From Polyangiales bacterium (GTDB lineage: Bacteria > Myxococcota_A > Polyangia > Polyangiales > Ga0077539): a stretch of 64,000 nt of DNA. Where the stretch lies: assembly GCA_041389885.1 (NCBI GenBank), contig JAWKRB010000006.1:259101-323100 (forward strand). Reading direction: 5' to 3'. This document shows positions 38,430-49,498 of the stretch, piece by piece; positions within the stretch are counted from its first letter, which is position 1, and every line of letters starts with the position of its first letter. The notes under the pieces are model-generated. The model saw only the letters and a list, made by a program, of their open reading frames with translations. It searched no databases and was not told the DNA's origin. The position numbers and the translations under genes are program-made.

Positions 38430-39329
38430 ATGCGCTTATCTTGGATGTTGATCGCGGGCCTCGCCGCAGGGTGCGCTGAAGAGCGCGCCTCCCCGACCGC
38501 CGACGCCGCGGTCGACGCCGCGGGGCAGCCCGCCTACGACACCGCCGCGGCGGGCGACGTCGCCCCCTCGGAGCCCTGCTCCCTCGGCGGCACGGGTCGC
38601 CTGCGCGTGGCCGTCACCCTCGACCCGCTGCTGATGCGGCGCGCGCCCGAGGTGTGGCTCTCGGCGCGCTGCGGCAGCGACGACCGCGAGCTCCGGGTCG
38701 TGCGGTGGGATCGCTCGCCGTCGATGGTCCTCGATGGCTTCGGCCCCGGCGCGTACTCCGTGGTCGCTTCGTCGTTCATCGCGGCCCCGGCCCGCACCGC
38801 GCGCATCGACCTCGACCCCCGCTCGACCGCGTCGCTCAGCGTCACGCTCCCGGGTGAGCCCGCCGCCCTCGCGGTGGTGCGCGCGGGGGGCGCGGGCGCC
38901 GCCGACGCCGGGCTCGCGCGCCCGGACGGCGCCGTCGTTGAAGGCGACGGCGGGGCGCGCCCGAGCTGGTCGGGGCGCGTGGCCATCGACGGTACGCCCG
39001 GCGCGGCCGCCCTCGGGAGCGTCGAGGTCGACGCCGTGCAGGCCTCCGAGAGCGCCATCGAGCTCCGGGTCGTCGTGCGAAACACCTGCGCGACCTCGGC
39101 GTGCCCGGCGATTGTGCTCGCCGGGGCCGAGGCGCGGGCGCTCCTCGGCGACGTCCCCACGGGCGTGGCGGAGGGTCGCTTCGACCGCCCGCAGATCCTC
39201 GCGGGGGAGTCTTCGGCGCTCGTCGAGCCGATCTCGCTTCGCGGCGCGCTGCCGGGGGCCCAGGGCGCGCTGCACCTCGCGGTCTACGGCGTCGTGCGGG
39301 CGCCCGGAGCCGCGGCGATGCGACCCTGA
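38430..39329 (+). CDS. Hypothetical lipoprotein
   Basis: ATG at 38430, preceded by an unusual AT-rich gctataaacc. Signal plus lipobox LAAGCAEE. Confidence 0.45.
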   Translation: MRLSWMLIAGLAAGCAEERASPTADAAVDAAGQPAYDTAAAGDVAPSEPCSLGGTGRLRVAVTLDPLLMRRAPEVWLSARCGSDDRELRVVRWDRSPSMVLDGFGPGAYSVVASSFIAAPARTARIDLDPRSTASLSVTLPGEPAALAVVRAGGAGAADAGLARPDGAVVEGDGGARPSWSGRVAIDGTPGAAALGSVEVDAVQASESAIELRVVVRNTCATSACPAIVLAGAEARALLGDVPTGVAEGRFDRPQILAGESSALVEPISLRGALPGAQGALHLAVYGVVRAPGAAAMRP

Positions 39330-39386
39330 ACGCCGCCGTCGCGCGGCGTGGACGCGCGGGGCCCCGTGCGCAATGATGCGCGCGAA

Positions 39387-40673
39387 ATGGCAGATGAAAT
39401 TTCCCGATCCCTTCACGCGCGAGCGGTCCAGAGAATCCCCGGAGGGGTGAACTCCCCGGTGAGGGCCTTCAGGGCCGTCGGCGGCGAGCCGATCTACATC
39501 CAGCGCGCCGAGGGGGCGCACCTCATCGGCGCCGACGGCGCGCGCTACATCGACTACGTGGGCTCCTGGGGCCCGATGCTCCTCGGCCACGCCCGCGCCG
39601 AGGTCGTTCGCGCGATCTGCGACGCGGCCGCGTCGGGCACCAGCTTCGGCGCGCCTACGGAGCGAGAGGTGGTCTTCGCCGAGCGGCTCTGCGAGATGAT
39701 CCCCTCGCTGGAGATGGTGCGGCTGTGCTCCAGCGGCACCGAGGCGTGCATGAGCGCGATGCGCCTGGCGCGCGGGGCCACGGGGCGGGAGAAGATCTTG
39801 AAGTTCGAGGGCTGCTACCACGGCCACGCGGACTTTCTCCTCGTGAAGGCGGGCAGCGGCGCGGCGACCTTCGGGGTGCCCGACAGCGCGGGCGTCCCCG
39901 CGGATGTCGCGCGGCACACCCTCACCGCGCGCTACAACGACCTCGCGGCGGTCGACGCGCTGCTCGCCGAGCACGGCGCCGACCTCGCCGCGATCATGCT
40001 CGAGCCCGTGGTCGGGAACATGGGCTGCGTGCCCCCGGCCCCTGGCTTTCTCGAGGGGCTCGCGGAGCGCTGCCGTCGCGTCGGCGCGCTGCTGGTCTTC
40101 GACGAGGTGATGACCGGCTTTCGAGTCGCGCGCGGCGGCGCGCAGGCGCGCTACGGCGTGCGGCCCGACCTCACGACCCTCGGCAAGATCGTGGGCGGGG
40201 GGATGCCCCTCGCGGCCTTCGGCGGTCGGCGCGACGTGATGCAGCACCTCGCGCCCGTCGGCCCGGTCTACCAGGCGGGCACGCTGTCGGGGAACCCGGT
40301 GGCCACGGCCGCGGGGCTGAAGACGCTGGAGCTCTTGTCGGAGGACGCGGAGCTCTACGACCGCTTGGAGCGCACCGGCGCCGCGCTCGAGGAGGGGCTC
40401 CGGGCCGAGGCGAAGCGCGCGGGGGTGAAGGTCACCGTGCAGCGCGTGGGCGCCATGTGGACGGTGTTCTTCGGCGTCGATCAGGTCACCGACTGGGACA
40501 GCGCGCGCCGCGCCGACAGCGCCGCCTTCGGGCGATTTCACCAGGCGATGCTGGCGCGGGGCGTCTACCTCCCGCCGTCGCAGTTCGAGGCCGCGTTCCA
40601 CGGCGCGCTGCACGACGAGGTCCTCGTCGAGCAGACGCTGCGCGCGGCGCGCGAGTCGTTCGCGCAGGTCTGA
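39387..40673 (+). CDS. hemL: Glutamate-1-semialdehyde 2,1-aminomutase
   Basis: GGVNSPVRAF, the PLP-lysine region TLGKIVGGGMP, and overall class-III aminotransferase architecture. Confidence 0.85.
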   Translation: MADEISRSLHARAVQRIPGGVNSPVRAFRAVGGEPIYIQRAEGAHLIGADGARYIDYVGSWGPMLLGHARAEVVRAICDAAASGTSFGAPTEREVVFAERLCEMIPSLEMVRLCSSGTEACMSAMRLARGATGREKILKFEGCYHGHADFLLVKAGSGAATFGVPDSAGVPADVARHTLTARYNDLAAVDALLAEHGADLAAIMLEPVVGNMGCVPPAPGFLEGLAERCRRVGALLVFDEVMTGFRVARGGAQARYGVRPDLTTLGKIVGGGMPLAAFGGRRDVMQHLAPVGPVYQAGTLSGNPVATAAGLKTLELLSEDAELYDRLERTGAALEEGLRAEAKRAGVKVTVQRVGAMWTVFFGVDQVTDWDSARRADSAAFGRFHQAMLARGVYLPPSQFEAAFHGALHDEVLVEQTLRAARESFAQV

Positions 40674-40686
40674 GCGAGCCCGAGCG

Positions 40687-42339
40687 ATGCCCTCCGTGAT
40701 CACCGCCTTCAAGGACCTCGACCGCCTCCGGCAGATCGCCGTGGTGCTCGGCCGGCACGGGTTCGGGGAGGTGGTGCAGCGCATCGGCCTCGATGACCTG
40801 CTCATCGGCGCGAGGAGCGAGAGCGACCTGCGCACACAGTCGATCGGGCAGCGGCTTCGCCTGGTGCTCCAAGACCTCGGCCCGAGCTTCGTGAAGCTCG
40901 GGCAGATCGCGTCGACGCGCGCGGACCTCCTGCCCCCCGACGTGATCACCGAGCTCAAGGTGCTGCAAGACGACGTGCGGCCCGTCGCGTGGTCCGAGGT
41001 GCGCAAGGAGATCGAGGCCGACCTCGGCGCGTCGGTCAGCGACGTGTTCCAGTCCATCGACGAGCGCCCGCTCGCGAGCGCGTCGATCGCGCAGGTGCAC
41101 AAGGGGATCTACCTGCGCGAGGGGGTGGAGCACGCCGTCGCGGTGAAGGTGCAGCGCCCGGGCATTCGCGACACCGTCGAGCGCGACGTTGACCTGCTGT
41201 ACTGGTTCGCGCGCGCCCTCGAGCGCGCCGTGCCCGAGTCGCGGCGGTACTCGCCGGTCGACCTGGTGACCGAGTTCGACCGATCCATCAAGGCCGAGCT
41301 CGACTTCATGCAGGAGGCGGATCACGCCGAGCGCTTCGCCAAGAACTTCGAGGGCGACACCCGGGTTCGCTTCCCCGGCGTGTTTCGGGAGGCGAGCGGC
41401 AAGCGGGTGCTCACCCTCGAGTTCCTGGAGGGCAAGCGCCTCGACGAGGCCATTCGCGACGGCATGGACGGCCGTCGCCTCGCCGAGATGTCGGTGGGCG
41501 TGGTCATCAAGATGATCTTCGAGGACGGCTTCTTTCACGCCGACCCGCACCCCGGGAACATCGTGGTGATGGGCGACGCCGAGCGCCCCGTCCTCGGGCT
41601 CCTCGACCTCGGCCTCGTCGGCCACCTCTCGGGGCCCATGCGCGACAAGGCCATCGACCTCATGGTGGCCGCGGTGCGCGAAGACTTCTCGGGGGTCGCC
41701 GAGGCGCTGCACGCGCTCGGCCGACCCTCGCGCAAGGTCGACATGGACGTGTTCCGCTCGGACGTCGAGACCCTCGGGCGCAAGTACCTCGGGCGGCGCC
41801 TCCAGGAGATCGAGCTCGCCGGCTTCGTGCGCGACCTGACCTGGGGCGCGGTGAAGCACGGCATCGACATGCCCGCCGACTTCATGCTGGTGGGCCGCTC
41901 GCTGATGACCATGGAGGGCACCGGGCGGCAGATTCACCCGAACCTCGACATCGTGGGCGAGGCGCGCCCCCACTTTCTGCGCCTGGTCGCGCGGCGCTAC
42001 GCGCCCGACCGACTCACGGGAGATTTCGTGCGCACGGCGATGCGCGTGTCGAGCATGGCAGGCTCGATGCCCGAGCAGGTCAACGAGATCCTCGAGGACC
42101 TGCGCAAGGGCCACCTCACGCTGAAGTCGAGCGACCCCGAGCTGCCGCCGGCGCTCGATCGACTGGGTCGACGCGTGTACTCAGGGCTCACCGTGTCGGC
42201 CCTGCTCGGCGGGGGCGCGCTGCTCATCGCCCTCGATCGCCACCCCCTGGTGGGCGTGGCGATGTTGAGCGCCGCGGCGGTCACGGCGAGCGGCCACGTG
42301 ATTCGCGACTGGTGGCGCGCGCTCGGGATTCGCAGGTAG
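40687..42339 (+). CDS. ubiB: UbiB/ABC1-family atypical kinase
   Basis: ABC1 motifs (ASIAQVHKG, HADPHPGN, DLGLVG) plus a C-terminal TM. Confidence 0.8.
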   Translation: MPSVITAFKDLDRLRQIAVVLGRHGFGEVVQRIGLDDLLIGARSESDLRTQSIGQRLRLVLQDLGPSFVKLGQIASTRADLLPPDVITELKVLQDDVRPVAWSEVRKEIEADLGASVSDVFQSIDERPLASASIAQVHKGIYLREGVEHAVAVKVQRPGIRDTVERDVDLLYWFARALERAVPESRRYSPVDLVTEFDRSIKAELDFMQEADHAERFAKNFEGDTRVRFPGVFREASGKRVLTLEFLEGKRLDEAIRDGMDGRRLAEMSVGVVIKMIFEDGFFHADPHPGNIVVMGDAERPVLGLLDLGLVGHLSGPMRDKAIDLMVAAVREDFSGVAEALHALGRPSRKVDMDVFRSDVETLGRKYLGRRLQEIELAGFVRDLTWGAVKHGIDMPADFMLVGRSLMTMEGTGRQIHPNLDIVGEARPHFLRLVARRYAPDRLTGDFVRTAMRVSSMAGSMPEQVNEILEDLRKGHLTLKSSDPELPPALDRLGRRVYSGLTVSALLGGGALLIALDRHPLVGVAMLSAAAVTASGHVIRDWWRALGIRR

Positions 42340-42348
42340 CGACCCGAG

Positions 42349-43137
42349 CTACGCCGGGTCGCCGTCGTCGAGGAGCCTCAGCTCGAAGGCGTCGGCGTCG
42401 GCGCCCTCGAGGGGGATCGGCGGCATGGAGGCCGACGCGCCGGGCCGGTCGAGCATGCGCAGGAACACCTTGGCCGCCCGGTTCTTCGGCTCGAGCTCGA
42501 GCGCGCGCTCCCAGGCGCTGCGCGCCTCGTCTCGGCGACCGAGGGCGAGCAGGCTGAGCCCGCGAGAGGCGTGCGCGCGCGCGTACTCGGGGGCGTGGAG
42601 CACCGCCACGTCGAGCTCACGCAGGGCGGCCTCGTGCTCGCCCATCGCGCGCAGCACCGCGGCGCGACGCGTTCGGAGGTCGGCGAAGGAGGGGCACAGC
42701 GCGAGGGCGCGCTCGTACTCGTCGGCCGCCTCGGGGTTGAGTCCCAGCTCCTCGTAGGCGCGGGCGACGACGCCGTGGAGGTTCGCGAGCTTGCCTCGCG
42801 CGAAGGGGTCGATGCGGTCGCTCTGTCGGGTGCGCTGCGAGATGCCCACGGAGACCGCGCGCGCCTCGGTGTATCGCCCGAGCTCGTTGCACGTGATCGA
42901 GAGGCTCAGGGCGGCGTCGGTGTACTCGGGGTTGATCTCCAGCGCGCGCTCGAAGCACTCCCGCGCCTCGGCGAGCTCTCCGCGGTCGTGGTGAATCACC
43001 CCGAGCATGAAGTGCACGTCTGCCATCGCGGGGACCTTCTCGACGCAGGTGCGGAGGGGGACCTCCGCGGAGCGAAAATCGTTGCGGGCGAAGTGCTCGC
43101 GCCCGAGGGAGAGCAGGTGCTTGATCGAAGAGTCCAC
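42349..43137 (-). CDS. TPR-repeat protein
   Basis: Repeated TPR units (DVHFMLGVIHHDRGELAEARECFERALEINPEY...). Confidence 0.6.
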   Translation of the reverse strand: MDSSIKHLLSLGREHFARNDFRSAEVPLRTCVEKVPAMADVHFMLGVIHHDRGELAEARECFERALEINPEYTDAALSLSITCNELGRYTEARAVSVGISQRTRQSDRIDPFARGKLANLHGVVARAYEELGLNPEAADEYERALALCPSFADLRTRRAAVLRAMGEHEAALRELDVAVLHAPEYARAHASRGLSLLALGRRDEARSAWERALELEPKNRAAKVFLRMLDRPGASASMPPIPLEGADADAFELRLLDDGDPA

Positions 43138-43177
43138 GGCGTCGTTCTCCCTGTTAACCCGCGCGCCCGGCGCCGCC

Positions 43178-44077
43178 TCAGCGCCCGCCGCGCGGCGCCG
43201 TCTCCCTCACCCTCGGACGCGCTCCCGGCTCGGGCCGACGCGTCGGGCCGCGGTCGACCGCGACCACGGGGCCTTCGCCCGCGACCGCGAGGTACCGCCG
43301 CGCCGCGGCGACCTCGTTCGAGTCGGGGTGCCCGTCGATGAGCTCGCGAAAGGCCCCGCGCGCCTCGGGCTGCTGCCCCGTGCGGAGCAGGATCTCGCCC
43401 AGGGCCAGCAGCGCCCTCGGCTCGACCCCGGAGCCCTCGTACCCGTCGAGCAGCCCGCGGAGACGGCTCACGGCCGCGGTCCATCGCTCGCGAGAGGCGT
43501 AGAAGTTCGCGACGTAGAGCTCGTGCTGCGCGAGCATACGCCTCACGTCGCCCAGCACGCGCCTGGCCTCGGTCGCGTGCTCGGAGTCGGCGTGGTCGCG
43601 GAGAAAGCGCGTGAGCGCGCCCTCGGCGTCGTGCGCCGAGGAGAGGTCACGCTCGTAGGAGGGCGGGGTCAGGAACCAGTCGTCGGGGAGCTGCGCGACG
43701 TGGCAGCGGGCGATCATGAAGTGCGCGTAGGTCGCCTCGGACTGCGACGCGTGGTAGCGGATCCAGGCGCGAAACCCCGACAGCGCCTCGGTGTAGCGCT
43801 CCTGCTTGAAGTCGATGTCGGCGATGCGTAGCTCTGCCAGCCAGCCCCAGCGCGACGAGCTGTACTCCTGCCGCACGCGACGCATGGCCTCGAGCGCCTC
43901 GGGCCACGACTCGTCGCGGTAGAACACCATCGCGTCTTCGTAGGCCTGCTGCGCCTCGTCGCTGTAGTGCATGGCCGAGCGCCCGCTCGCGGCGCCGGTC
44001 GACGCGCAGCCCGCCCCCGCGAGGCAGAGTGCGACGAGGGTCAGCGCCGGCGCGCGCGCTGTGCGGGGTGCGTCCAT
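43178..44077 (-). CDS. TPR lipoprotein, BamD/YfiO-like
   Basis: ATG at 44077. Lipobox LAGAGC. The motif YEDAMVFYRDESWPEALEAMRRV...YHASQSEATYAHFMIARCHV resembles BamD. Confidence 0.5.
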   Translation of the reverse strand: MDAPRTARAPALTLVALCLAGAGCASTGAASGRSAMHYSDEAQQAYEDAMVFYRDESWPEALEAMRRVRQEYSSSRWGWLAELRIADIDFKQERYTEALSGFRAWIRYHASQSEATYAHFMIARCHVAQLPDDWFLTPPSYERDLSSAHDAEGALTRFLRDHADSEHATEARRVLGDVRRMLAQHELYVANFYASRERWTAAVSRLRGLLDGYEGSGVEPRALLALGEILLRTGQQPEARGAFRELIDGHPDSNEVAAARRYLAVAGEGPVVAVDRGPTRRPEPGARPRVRETAPRGGR

Positions 44078-44127
44078 CGCGCGGACCCTATCCGATGCGC
44101 GGGGTTGCTTCAACGTCGGCGGGGGGA

Positions 44128-45558
44128 TCAGGGTGACAGACGGAGCGGCCGAAAGAACGGCCAGACCAGCTGCGCCCAGTTTGGCGGGACGGCGTGACCC
44201 TCGCCGTCGAAGAGCGTCGTCTGCACGGGCATGCCGAGCGCGAGCATGCGCGCCTGCAGGGTGCACGTGTAGTAGACCGAGACGAGGGGGTCGTTGGTGC
44301 CGTGGGTGAGCAGTCCCGGCACGCGGCGCCCAGAGGTCGCGAGGGGGATCGGGAGCTCGGGGCCCGCGCAGTTGCACCACCCGCTGCGGGTGGCGAGGGT
44401 CGAGCAGGTGGTCCCGGCGCCACGAAAGCGGCAGGAGGTGGTGCGCGCGCAGGTCACGAGTCCTCCGGAGTTCTCCGAGAAGGCCGCGACGCGATCGCGC
44501 AGCAGCGTCGCGACGAACACCGCGAAGAACGCGCCGTTGGAGTGGCCCATGACGTACACGCGCGACGGGTCGACGTTGTACACGCGCTGCGCCTCGACCA
44601 GGATCGCGCGCACCAGCAGCACGTCCTCATTCGAATCCGGGTTCGGGTTGCGCTGGGTCTCCCAGTAGGTCTCTTCGGTGGCGTGGTCGAAGTCGCCCAC
44701 GCCGAGCCAGCGCGACGACGGCGCGGCGACGATCACGCCCTCGGCGCTGGCCAGGGCGGCGGCGTTCGACTCGGTCATGATCTGCGAGCCGTCTCCGTTG
44801 GTCCCATGAAAGAGCAGCAGGAGCGGCGGCGACGAGCCTGCGCTGGTGGGCACCGACAGTCGCACCGAGCGCGGGTTGCCGTTGATCCGCAGCGTCGCGG
44901 TGAAGTTCCCCGTGCGCGCGGCGAAGGTGCCCCCGTACGCAACCGGATCGTTCCCGGTGGCCCCGCTGTCCATGACGGTGACCACATCGGGGCGGTCGAC
45001 GGTGACCACATCGGGGCGGTCGACGGTGACCACATCGGGGCGGTCGACGGTGACGACATCGGGGCGGTCGACGGTGACCACATCGGGGCGGTCGATGGTG
45101 ACGACATCGGGGCGGTCGATGGTGACCACGTCGGGGCGGTCGACGGTGACCACGTCAGGAGCCGGCGGGACGACCACATCGGGGCGATCGAGGGTGACCA
45201 CGTCGGGAGGCGGCGGAACGACCACGTCGGGGCGGTCCATCCAGGGCGCGCTCGCGTCTTCTCCGCGAGTCACGTCGGGGAGGATGATGTCCCAACGCGC
45301 GGCGGAATCGCTGGCGTCGCTCGCGTCGCCTGCGTCTCCCGCGTCTCCCGCGTCTCCCACGTCTCCCGCGTCGCCTGCGTCTCCCGCGTCGCCTGCGTCT
45401 CCCGCGTCGAGGGGCTGGCTCGCGTCCGAGCTGGGCGCGCTCAGGTCTCCGTCAGGGGCCCCCATCGAGACCCCGTCTGCGCAGCCCGAAACGCCCAAAA
45501 GGAGACCAAGCATAAGACCGATTCGGTGCACGCCGGCAGTGGACGACGCCGTGCGCAC
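44128..45558 (-). CDS. Lipoprotein with (DAG)n and (VTVDRPDV)n tandem repeats and a C-terminal alpha/beta-hydrolase (esterase/PHB-depolymerase-like) domain
   Basis: Lipobox LLGVSGC. The repeats sit in the N-terminal half. GHSNG nucleophile elbow (VMGHSNGAFF). Confidence 0.6.
   Translation of the reverse strand: MRTASSTAGVHRIGLMLGLLLGVSGCADGVSMGAPDGDLSAPSSDASQPLDAGDAGDAGDAGDAGDVGDAGDAGDAGDASDASDSAARWDIILPDVTRGEDASAPWMDRPDVVVPPPPDVVTLDRPDVVVPPAPDVVTVDRPDVVTIDRPDVVTIDRPDVVTVDRPDVVTVDRPDVVTVDRPDVVTVDRPDVVTVMDSGATGNDPVAYGGTFAARTGNFTATLRINGNPRSVRLSVPTSAGSSPPLLLLFHGTNGDGSQIMTESNAAALASAEGVIVAAPSSRWLGVGDFDHATEETYWETQRNPNPDSNEDVLLVRAILVEAQRVYNVDPSRVYVMGHSNGAFFAVFVATLLRDRVAAFSENSGGLVTCARTTSCRFRGAGTTCSTLATRSGWCNCAGPELPIPLATSGRRVPGLLTHGTNDPLVSVYYTCTLQARMLALGMPVQTTLFDGEGHAVPPNWAQLVWPFFRPLRLSP
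44976..45235. repeat. 24-bp tandem repeat, ~10.8 copies (ggtgaccacatcggggcggtcgac), in-frame coding VTVDRPDV
   Basis: Visible directly in the sequence. Copies differ at one to three positions (cac/gac, atc/gtc). Confidence 0.85.
45316..45410. repeat. 9-bp tandem repeat (gcgtctccc/gcgtcgcct), ~10 copies, coding (DAG)n
   Basis: Visible directly in the sequence. Confidence 0.8.
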
Positions 45559-45576
45559 GGTGTCAATCCGCAGCGA

Positions 45577-46107
45577 TCAGCGCGCTGTGAAGAGGTGCTC
45601 CCACTCCCTCGGGAGCGGAGAGCCCAGGTAGGCGCCGGCCTTCTCGACGTCGGGGAGCATGAAGGTCACCGTCCCCATCGCCGCCGTGCGCCCGCCCTGT
45701 CGAAGCGTGACGTCGAGCGCGACGATGTTGCCGTTGTGCGCGCCGATGCTGGCCCGCGCCTCGACCTCGACTCCGACGCGCACCGGGCGAAGAAAGCGGA
45801 TGTTCAGCGAGGTGGTGAAGCCCATGCGCCCCAGCAACCCCACCAGCGCCCACCCCGCGACCTCGTCGGCGAGGGTTGACTGCAGGCCGCCGTGAAACAC
45901 CCCGGGAGGACCCTCCCAGCCCTCGGGCGGAGTGAAGCGGGTGACGACCGCGTCGCCGTCGCGCTCGAAGCGTAGCCGCATGCCCACAGGGTTGTTCGGA
46001 CCGCATCCGAAGCACCGCTGCTCGGTGCCGAAGGTGTGCGGGTCCAGCGCGACGACCTCGCCGGCGTGCGGATGCGCGGCTGCGTGAGGATGCTTGTGCG
46101 GGCTCAT
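45577..46107 (-). CDS. PaaI/4HBT-type hotdog-fold thioesterase with His-rich N-terminus
   Basis: ATG at 46107 with AAGGGA RBS (alternative start at 46125). Hotdog motif FHGGLQSTLADEVAG. Confidence 0.65.
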   Translation of the reverse strand: MSPHKHPHAAAHPHAGEVVALDPHTFGTEQRCFGCGPNNPVGMRLRFERDGDAVVTRFTPPEGWEGPPGVFHGGLQSTLADEVAGWALVGLLGRMGFTTSLNIRFLRPVRVGVEVEARASIGAHNGNIVALDVTLRQGGRTAAMGTVTFMLPDVEKAGAYLGSPLPREWEHLFTAR

Positions 46108-46210
46108 CGCCGGATCCCTTATCATCCCGAGGGCCCCATCGGCCTCGAGGTGACCCCGCGCCACGCGAAATTTGCGGGCCAGGAAGGCTCGCGGGGAGCC
46201 CTCACGGGCT

Positions 46211-46254
46211 TGACGCGCCGCGTTGCCATCACTAAAACTGAATGGCCATTCAGT
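46211..46254 (+). promoter_or_regulatory. Putative promoter (-35 TTGACG, 17-bp spacer, -10 TAAAAC) overlapped by a perfect 18-bp palindrome ACTGAATGGCCATTCAGT
   Basis: Palindrome at 46237..46254 read directly. Sits in a locally AT-rich island inside a ~72% GC genome, 47 bp upstream of the acyl-CoA dehydrogenase start. Confidence 0.55.
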
Positions 46255-46300
46255 GCGCAGGGCGGCTGGTACTCTGCGCCACTTTCGGAGGTGATTCCCC

Positions 46301-48148
<1,848 letters not shown>

Positions 48149-48158
48149 CCCCCTGAAC

Positions 48159-49460
48159 CTACCGACGCGGCCTGCGCACGGGGCGCTCGAGCTCCGCGCG
48201 CAGCGTCGCGATCGCCTCGGCGCTGACCCCCGGCCGCCCGTTCGCCGCGTCGAGCGCCTGTCGCGCCGTCGCGCGGTCGCCCTCGGCCAGCGCGATGCGC
48301 GCGCGGAGGAGCTGCGCGGGGCCGCTGTCGGGGTGGTCCTGAAGCACGCGCTCGAGCTGCGCGCGGGCCAAGGGGTACTGCGTCGTGCGGGCGGCGAGCT
48401 CGGCCGCGCGCAGCCGACCCTCGACCTCGGTGGGGCTGCGGTCGATCGCCGCGTCCCACGCCTGCATGGCCTCCGCGGCGCGGTCGGTGTGCTCGAGCAC
48501 GTCGGCGAGCGATCGCCACGCGAGCGCGTCGTTGTCGACCTGGCGAATCGCCTCGCGGAGCGGCGCCTCGGCCTGCGTGTACTGCCCCACGGCGATGCGC
48601 GCGCGCCCCAGCGCGTTCTGCACGCCCGGGGTCGTCGGCGAGAGCCGAGCGGCCTCTTCGGCGGCCCCGAGGGCCTCGTTCGGGGCGCCGCCGTCGAGCT
48701 GTGCCTGCGCGAGCAACGCGAGCGCCTCGGGCCAGTGCAGGCGCCCGGCGGTGGCCGCGCGGAGGTGCGGGAGGGCAGCGGCCGCGTCGCCCCGACGACG
48801 CAGCAAGAAGCGCCCGAGGGCGAGCTGCGCCGAAGGGTCGGCGGAGTCGACCTCGACCGCGCGGTGGTACGCCGCGCCCGCTTCGTCGAAGCGACGGCCG
48901 ATCTCGTAGAGCGCGCCCAGCCCGGTGTAGGGCTCAGATCGACCCGGAAGTGATTGCGCCGCAAGGCGATAGGCCGCCTCGGACGCCGGCACCTCCGAGG
49001 CGAGCCGCCTCGCGTCGGCGATCACGAGCTGCAGCTCCCCGTCGTTGGGCGCGATGGCCCCGGCGAGGCCGATGGCTCGGTTCGCGAGGGCCACGCGCTG
49101 CCAGACGAGGTACGCCCGCGCCATGCACACGTGCTGAGCGAGGTTGCGAGGATCGGTCGCCGCGCGCGCCAGGGGAAAGGCGCGGCACGCGGCCTCGGCG
49201 GCGCGAAAGTTCCCTTGATCGAAGCGCACGCGGGCGATCTCCCACGCCGCGTCGGCGCGGGTGGCGGGCGAGCGCGTCGCGGGTTGAAGCGCGCGCACGG
49301 CCTCGTCGAAGCGACCCGCTCTGCGCAGCGCCCGACCCAGCGCGACGGCGCCAGACGGGGTGCTGGCGCCGCCCTGCGCCGAGGCGACCGCCGACTCCTG
49401 GGCGTTCGCGGCGAGGGGCAGTGCGGAGAGGGCGAGGGTAAGAATCGCGCGACGAACCAT
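48159..49460 (-). CDS. Secreted TPR-repeat protein
   Basis: Signal peptide MVRRAILTLALSALPLAANAQ. More than eight TPR units. Confidence 0.6.
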   Translation of the reverse strand: MVRRAILTLALSALPLAANAQESAVASAQGGASTPSGAVALGRALRRAGRFDEAVRALQPATRSPATRADAAWEIARVRFDQGNFRAAEAACRAFPLARAATDPRNLAQHVCMARAYLVWQRVALANRAIGLAGAIAPNDGELQLVIADARRLASEVPASEAAYRLAAQSLPGRSEPYTGLGALYEIGRRFDEAGAAYHRAVEVDSADPSAQLALGRFLLRRRGDAAAALPHLRAATAGRLHWPEALALLAQAQLDGGAPNEALGAAEEAARLSPTTPGVQNALGRARIAVGQYTQAEAPLREAIRQVDNDALAWRSLADVLEHTDRAAEAMQAWDAAIDRSPTEVEGRLRAAELAARTTQYPLARAQLERVLQDHPDSGPAQLLRARIALAEGDRATARQALDAANGRPGVSAEAIATLRAELERPVRRPRR

Positions 49461-49498
49461 GAAGAGACCTCCGTGCCGCGGGGCGTCGCCCGCGCGGC

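Noticed and set aside
44976-45410. Tandem repeats as a possible CRISPR array
   Set aside because: There are no spacers. The units are contiguous and in frame within a lipoprotein gene, encoding peptide repeats. No cas genes are present.
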